From Candidatus Velthaea sp. (lineage in GTDB: Bacteria; Vulcanimicrobiota; Vulcanimicrobiia; Vulcanimicrobiales; Vulcanimicrobiaceae): a stretch of 64,000 bases of DNA. Positions 59,525 through 64,000 of the stretch are shown piece by piece. Below the pieces are notes generated by a model, which ran no database searches, was not told the origin of the DNA, and saw nothing but the letters and a program-made list of their open reading frames with translations. The stretch is from positions 224,001 through 288,000 of the forward strand of contig CBDCCS010000022.1 in the NCBI GenBank assembly GCA_965214935.1, given 5' to 3'. The stretch's first letter is position 1; each line of letters begins with the position of its first letter. Both the position numbers and the translations under genes were made by a program.

Positions 59525-60642
59525 CGACCAGCCCTCAGACGATCGACGCGATTGTGCTGCTCAGTGCGGTCGGCGACGTGTTTGGCGGACATGATGTAGG
59601 CTTTAGTTTGCACGTCGCCCGGGTGGCGGCCCGCTTTGCGGCCTTCCGCCACGCCGACCCCGAGACGATCGGTGTTACGTATTACGCGGCGGCACTTCAT
59701 GCAGTCGGCGCAATCGACGTTATCGTACCGCGCGACGCGAGCGAGCGGAACGCACAAATCGCACGTTGGAACGAGCCCGCCGCCGGCGCCGCGCTCGTCA
59801 CGGCATTGGGCGTCTTTCCCGAAGCCGTCGCCGATGCCGTCCGTTGGCACCGCGAAGCATTTGACGGAACCGGATTTCCCGATCGCTTGCGTTGGAACGG
59901 CATCCCGCCGACGGCAATGTCGATCAACGTCGCGCGGGCATTCGTCGCTGCGTTCGAGGCACAAGCCGATGACGGAGGCTCGGCGGCCGATGCCGTCTTC
60001 ACTCTCGTCGCGGCGAGCGGCACCGTTTTTACGCTCGCCGTCATGCGGGATTTTCGCGATTTTCTGGCCGCCTCGCCGGACTTCGATGAACCCTATACGC
60101 CGGACTGGGCGCCGGCCGCCGGCGATGCGTACGGCATCGTCGCTGCAGTCTGCGCACGCATCGACGCACGTCAGGCTCGCACGATCGGCCGGGGCGACCG
60201 GATCGAGCGCATCATCCGAGCGATCGTCGGACAACTCGGTGAACCGTCGATCGACGGCGAGCGCGCCGTTCTGGCCGGACGGTATACGGCACTGGCACGA
60301 ACGAGCGTGGACGGAATCACCGACGACGCCTTTAGTCTTTCGCGGCTGGGGCGCGACGCGCGTGCCGCTCAGGCGCATGCCGCCGCGAGTATCTTGCGCA
60401 CGACTCCGGCATTTTTTCCGTTCGCAGCAATCGTTGAGGCAACCGAAGAATGGTTTGACGGTTCGGGACCGCTGCAACGGGCAAATCGGGAGATCGATCC
60501 GCTGGCGCGAATCATCGCCGTCGCCCTTGCCGCCGAAGCCATATCAGCCGGCGACGTGCGTCTACGAATAGCCGCGGCAAGCGGGACCAGGCTCGATCCC
60601 GCCATCGTCGCTGCATACCTTGCCGCGGAGGTCGTACGATGA
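59515..60642 (+). CDS. Tandem degenerate HD-GYP-fold protein
   Basis: AAALHAVG (HD->HA), WHREAFDGTGFPDRL; second copy TEEWFDGSG...ARIIAVA...SGTRLDP. Confidence 0.75.
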   Translation: MPSSTSPQTIDAIVLLSAVGDVFGGHDVGFSLHVARVAARFAAFRHADPETIGVTYYAAALHAVGAIDVIVPRDASERNAQIARWNEPAAGAALVTALGVFPEAVADAVRWHREAFDGTGFPDRLRWNGIPPTAMSINVARAFVAAFEAQADDGGSAADAVFTLVAASGTVFTLAVMRDFRDFLAASPDFDEPYTPDWAPAAGDAYGIVAAVCARIDARQARTIGRGDRIERIIRAIVGQLGEPSIDGERAVLAGRYTALARTSVDGITDDAFSLSRLGRDARAAQAHAAASILRTTPAFFPFAAIVEATEEWFDGSGPLQRANREIDPLARIIAVALAAEAISAGDVRLRIAAASGTRLDPAIVAAYLAAEVVR

Positions 60643-61553
60643 TCGATCTGCGCGAGTACACCCGCCGCGTCGCAGGCTCGCGTCTGTTCGATATCTGTGC
60701 GTCGCATTCGATCGGCAGCATTGTCGATCCGTTCATGGGTCTGCCGACGCATCTCAACTATCTCAAACGCCGCGGCATCCGCGTGCACGGCGGCGACTTG
60801 ATGGAATGGTTCGTTCGGGCCGGTGAAGGCCTCGTCGTCAACGACTTCACCGTGCTGCGCGACGATGAAGTCGCCGAGATCGTCGAGCGTGCTCCGGGTC
60901 GCGTCTATCCCGCGGCGATGTTTCGGGCTTGGGACGGCGTCTTTTTCTCCGAGGAGCAATGCCAGTATTTGGCGATTTGGCATGCCAACGTTCACAGTTT
61001 GCGCAGCGACGGACAAACAGGTCTCGCGATCGCGGGGCTGTGGCACGTGCTCTGCTATTGGCTGCAGAAAGCGCACCATCCGGACGAGATGCCGGACATT
61101 CCGCCAAGCGAACTTGCCTGGCACTATTTGCGCGAAACGCAACGGCTGGTTTGCGCGAACAACGCGCGCAATACGGTTCGGCGCGCAGACTTCGCCATCA
61201 CAATTGAGGCCGCTCGCGCCGACTGTCTGTATTTCGCGCCCCCCGGCCGCAACAGCGCGGCCAAAGTCGACCCGCGCATCTGGATGTGGGAAGCTTGGTG
61301 GCAAGGCAATCCCTACTTAAGTATCGAGCACTATTTTCGCAATACGGTGTTCGGCCGGCGTGCGGACGACACGGCCGGTTACGAACGCGCTGTCGAATCG
61401 GTGCTTGCAGCAGCCCGAGCGTATCCGTATATCATCATGCAAACGCCGCTGCACGATGCGCCCGCGTTCGAACGGCTCATGCATGACGCAAAGCGGAGCG
61501 TCGAACGGCTAAGCCCAAACGCCGACGAGACCTATCTTATCGGTACACGCTGA
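60639..61553 (+). CDS. Degenerate D12-class DNA adenine methyltransferase-like protein
   Basis: SIVDPFMG..LKRRG.RV..D (motif I region), ADCLYFAPPG (DPPY position); ATGA overlap with the upstream gene. Confidence 0.7.
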   Translation: MIDLREYTRRVAGSRLFDICASHSIGSIVDPFMGLPTHLNYLKRRGIRVHGGDLMEWFVRAGEGLVVNDFTVLRDDEVAEIVERAPGRVYPAAMFRAWDGVFFSEEQCQYLAIWHANVHSLRSDGQTGLAIAGLWHVLCYWLQKAHHPDEMPDIPPSELAWHYLRETQRLVCANNARNTVRRADFAITIEAARADCLYFAPPGRNSAAKVDPRIWMWEAWWQGNPYLSIEHYFRNTVFGRRADDTAGYERAVESVLAAARAYPYIIMQTPLHDAPAFERLMHDAKRSVERLSPNADETYLIGTR

Positions 61554-61563
61554 TCGCGTCGCC

Positions 61564-61770
61564 TCAAACGCGAGCGGCGTTACTCTGAAATCGGATCCAG
61601 ACCACGGACAGTAACGCCAGAACAAAATAGGCGATGACGTGTTTGGTATGCGGCTTATCGCTTGAAAAACCGATTGCGCGAGTTATCGAACTCGGTTCGA
61701 GCGGATGCAGAATTGCAATAACGGCCAGAATTACGAAGATAACAACCAGGGCACTCGCGAGGGCTCTCAT
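61564..61770 (-). CDS. Small two-TM membrane protein
   Basis: ATGA overlap with uppP; two hydrophobic helices. Confidence 0.65.
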   Translation of the reverse strand: MRALASALVVIFVILAVIAILHPLEPSSITRAIGFSSDKPHTKHVIAYFVLALLSVVWIRFQSNAARV

Positions 61771-62624
61771 GTAATAACTTTCGTTGCAAAGAGGATGAAC
61801 GACGCGCCGCCGGCGAGCAAGCAATACCAGCCGAACGGCCGCAGATCGTTGTGTTCAAAATAACGGGTTAAGAACGCGACCGAAGCATATGCGGTAACAC
61901 CAGCAAGAATTCCGCCTACGATTGCTTCCTGTGCGACGATATGTGCCGATGGTTCAAATAACTTCGGTATTTCCAAAACGCTGGCGGCTAAAATTACCGG
62001 CGTTGCTAGCAGAAACGAGTATTTCGCCGCTGCTTCATGGTCGAGATCGACGAGCAGACCGGCGACGATCGACGAACCGGAGCGCGAAATGCCCGGCAAT
62101 AACGCCAGCCCTTGCGCCAAGCCGACTTTCACGCCGTCGGGATAGCTAATTGCTTCGATCGGCTTTGACGTCCGCGTCCGATCGGCGCGTTGGCGCTTAC
62201 GCAGCCACTCGCCGAAAAACATAACGAATGCATTGAGGACCAGAAACGCCGCAGCCGGCAGCGGCGATCCGAACAGACCGCGCACCGCCGATTGAAAAAA
62301 TACGCCGAGCAAACCCACCGGGATCGTGCCGGCCACGAGCAGCCAGCCGATCTTTTCGTCGCGATCGCTCGAGAGCTTTCCGCGCACGACGCTACGCACG
62401 AGTGCAGCGACGATCGCGATCCACTCGCGACGGTAAAACGCAATGAGCGCCAGCGCCGTACCGAGATGCAACACGACGACGAAGGCTAAAAACTCTTCGC
62501 CCGAACGATCGATCGGCCAGCGCAAAAGTGCTGGAATAAGGATCGTATGTCCGAGGCTGCTGATCGGAAAAAGTTCGCTCACGCCTTGCAGCACGGCGAG
62601 AAACATGGCTTGAGCAAACGTCAC
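61767..62624 (-). CDS. uppP: Undecaprenyl-diphosphatase
   Basis: QGVSELFPISSLGH, LHLGT, PGISRSG. Confidence 0.96.
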   Translation of the reverse strand: MTFAQAMFLAVLQGVSELFPISSLGHTILIPALLRWPIDRSGEEFLAFVVVLHLGTALALIAFYRREWIAIVAALVRSVVRGKLSSDRDEKIGWLLVAGTIPVGLLGVFFQSAVRGLFGSPLPAAAFLVLNAFVMFFGEWLRKRQRADRTRTSKPIEAISYPDGVKVGLAQGLALLPGISRSGSSIVAGLLVDLDHEAAAKYSFLLATPVILAASVLEIPKLFEPSAHIVAQEAIVGGILAGVTAYASVAFLTRYFEHNDLRPFGWYCLLAGGASFILFATKVIT

Positions 62625-62671
62625 GTTATGGTGCGTACGCGCGCGGCGACAGGGTTTCCTAGCGGCAAACG

Positions 62672-63064
62672 ATGAAGCGCGGTTCGTACATGGATCTACC
62701 GCCGACGCAGGGCATCATGCGTGCAAGCCGACGCGAACGTGAAATCTTACTCGTATCGTACACGATCGATGCCGATCTGGCGCCCGAGTTTACCGAAACG
62801 TACGACATTGCCGTCGGTGGCCTCGCAATGTTGACCAACGCTGCGCTGTCTCCGAATCGCGCGCTCGTCATCGATCTCGAGTTACGCGGCGATACGCGGC
62901 CCAAGCTGCGCTTGAACGCGCACGTACGCTGGTCGAGCTACGATCCGCTGCTCAAGAAGTATCGAACGGGCGTCGCCTTTACCGACCGCCCCGCCGACTT
63001 CGAACAAGACTTATTACGTTACATCGACACGCTGCACATGTTGCGCGATCTCGGCGCGCTCTAA
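62672..63064 (+). CDS. Single PilZ-domain protein
   Basis: RASRRER and DIAVGGL motifs, beta-barrel pattern A.VRW, GVAF. Confidence 0.75.
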   Translation: MKRGSYMDLPPTQGIMRASRREREILLVSYTIDADLAPEFTETYDIAVGGLAMLTNAALSPNRALVIDLELRGDTRPKLRLNAHVRWSSYDPLLKKYRTGVAFTDRPADFEQDLLRYIDTLHMLRDLGAL

Positions 63065-63088
63065 GCGTACGTGCGACATGCGAATCAG

Positions 63089-63130
63089 GCAGAAAGAAGA
63101 GAATGCCGACCGGCATCCTCTTCTTTTGTT
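63089..63130. terminator. Bidirectional terminator between convergent PilZ and tonB
   Basis: AAAGAAGAG-A-ATGCCG-AC-CGGCAT-C-CTCTTCTTT stem with A/T flanks. Confidence 0.7.
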
Positions 63131-63151
63131 TCGCGCTTTCGCCGATCCGAA

Positions 63152-63937
63152 TTAGTTGTTGTTGAACTCGACGGCGAAGATATACGTCGCCGCAACCGGT
63201 TCACAGTTTTTAATTTCGGTGCGGAACGTGCTTTGCTGCGCTGCGCGAATCGCGGCTGAGTTCAGCAACTGACTGGGCGAACTTTGCACGGTCGGTGTAC
63301 CGACGATATGGTTGGTCGCATCGAGATTGATAACCACGTTGACGACGCCGGTAATGCCCTGCTGTTGAGCGATCGGCGGCGTGTCCGGCGCGACGGCGTT
63401 GGTCGTGGTCGCTTCAACATTCGGGTTGGCACACGACGGCGGCTTCGTCGGCGCGACCGTCGGCGGTGCGGGCGGCGCGGCGGCCGTTTGGATCGGAACC
63501 GGCGTCGTGGCAGCGGCAGTCGAGGTCCCCTGCGGGACCCCGTTCGTTGAACCGACGGTGTGCGTGTTGGCGGCCTCGGTTGCGCCGCCTTTGGTTGCAG
63601 TCGTCTTCGCGGTCGTGATCTTAATTTTTGGTTGCGGGATCGGCGGCGGAGCTTTCGGCGGCGGCGTTTTCGGCGGCTGCGTCGGCGGCGGAGTCGGTGG
63701 CGGTGTGGGTGTCGGCTTCGGCGTCGGCGGCGGAGTCGGTGGCGGCGTCGCGATGTGATCGCGACGGATGACCGAAACTTTTTCTTCTTCGGGCTGCGTG
63801 CGATCGAATTTCACGAGCGGCCCGACCAGCAAATGCAGCACGATCGACAAGCCGAAACCATAGACGAGAAAGTTTGTAACGCGGGCGCGCGTCGGATCGC
63901 GCGGCGGCGGAGGCGGCGAAGAATCTGGCTGCGTCAC
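63152..63937 (-). CDS. tonB: TonB-family energy transducer
   Basis: TM with SIVLH (SxxxH), Pro/Thr-rich spacer, C-domain P..A.Q.GITG.V.V...SS...L..AA..AA. Confidence 0.88.
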   Translation of the reverse strand: MTQPDSSPPPPPRDPTRARVTNFLVYGFGLSIVLHLLVGPLVKFDRTQPEEEKVSVIRRDHIATPPPTPPPTPKPTPTPPPTPPPTQPPKTPPPKAPPPIPQPKIKITTAKTTATKGGATEAANTHTVGSTNGVPQGTSTAAATTPVPIQTAAAPPAPPTVAPTKPPSCANPNVEATTTNAVAPDTPPIAQQQGITGVVNVVINLDATNHIVGTPTVQSSPSQLLNSAAIRAAQQSTFRTEIKNCEPVAATYIFAVEFNNN

Positions 63938-64000
63938 TGGTCCTTCGAGCCCTCGACCTTATTAGCCAAACCGAATCCGGTGAGATCGGCACTTTTGGCC
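63934..64000 (-). CDS. exbD: Probable ExbD/TolR C-terminus (partial)
   Basis: ...AKSADLTGFGLANKVEGSKDQ*; GTGA overlap with tonB; only ~21 codons visible. Confidence 0.5.
   Translation of the reverse strand, partial: AKSADLTGFGLANKVEGSKDQ

Noticed and set aside
60639..61553. Restriction-modification system
   Set aside because: No DPPY/NPPY motif and no nuclease partner
63640..63750. Short GC-rich direct repeats
   Set aside because: They encode the TonB Pro/Thr spacer; not a CRISPR or mobile repeat

Overview
High-GC bacterial chromosomal window. The lipoprotein style and gene order suggest Vulcanimicrobiota/Ca. Eremiobacterota, but this is an inference only. From left to right: the 3' end of a Clp-family AAA+ ATPase, secreted proteins and lipoproteins, a GT14 and an O-acetyltransferase; the minus-strand rimP-nusA-ylxR-infB-rbfA-nrnA-truB-ribF operon with a clear sigma70 promoter and leader hairpin; a ~26 kb Wzx/Wzy-type exopolysaccharide locus (~15.1-40.9 kb: GT39, priming transferase, two flippases, GT2/GT4s, Wzy/O-antigen ligase, acyltransferase, Wza, Wzc, three paralogous secreted proteins of unknown function and two LuxR/NarL regulators); pyk; the minus-strand accB-like-accC-nusB-PBP1A-xseA-xseB-tlyA-nadK-recN-GT4 operon; a frameshifted tandem HtrA-like protease pair plus LuxR; moaC-mog-folC-folP-folB-folK; a degenerate HD-GYP plus degenerate DNA-methylase pair; uppP, PilZ, tonB and the end of a probable exbD. 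I saw no tRNA, rRNA, CRISPR array, transposase or integrase. Four observations stand out: (1) the accB-position protein lacks the biotinylated lysine (EALGI for EAMKM), like plant BADC regulators; (2) three copies of one uncharacterised Cys/His-motif domain sit inside the EPS locus; (3) an Asp-less DosR-like regulator occurs together with DosR-type GGGAC-N4-GTCCC boxes before EPS genes; (4) a translationally coupled pseudo-HD-GYP / pseudo-methyltransferase pair.
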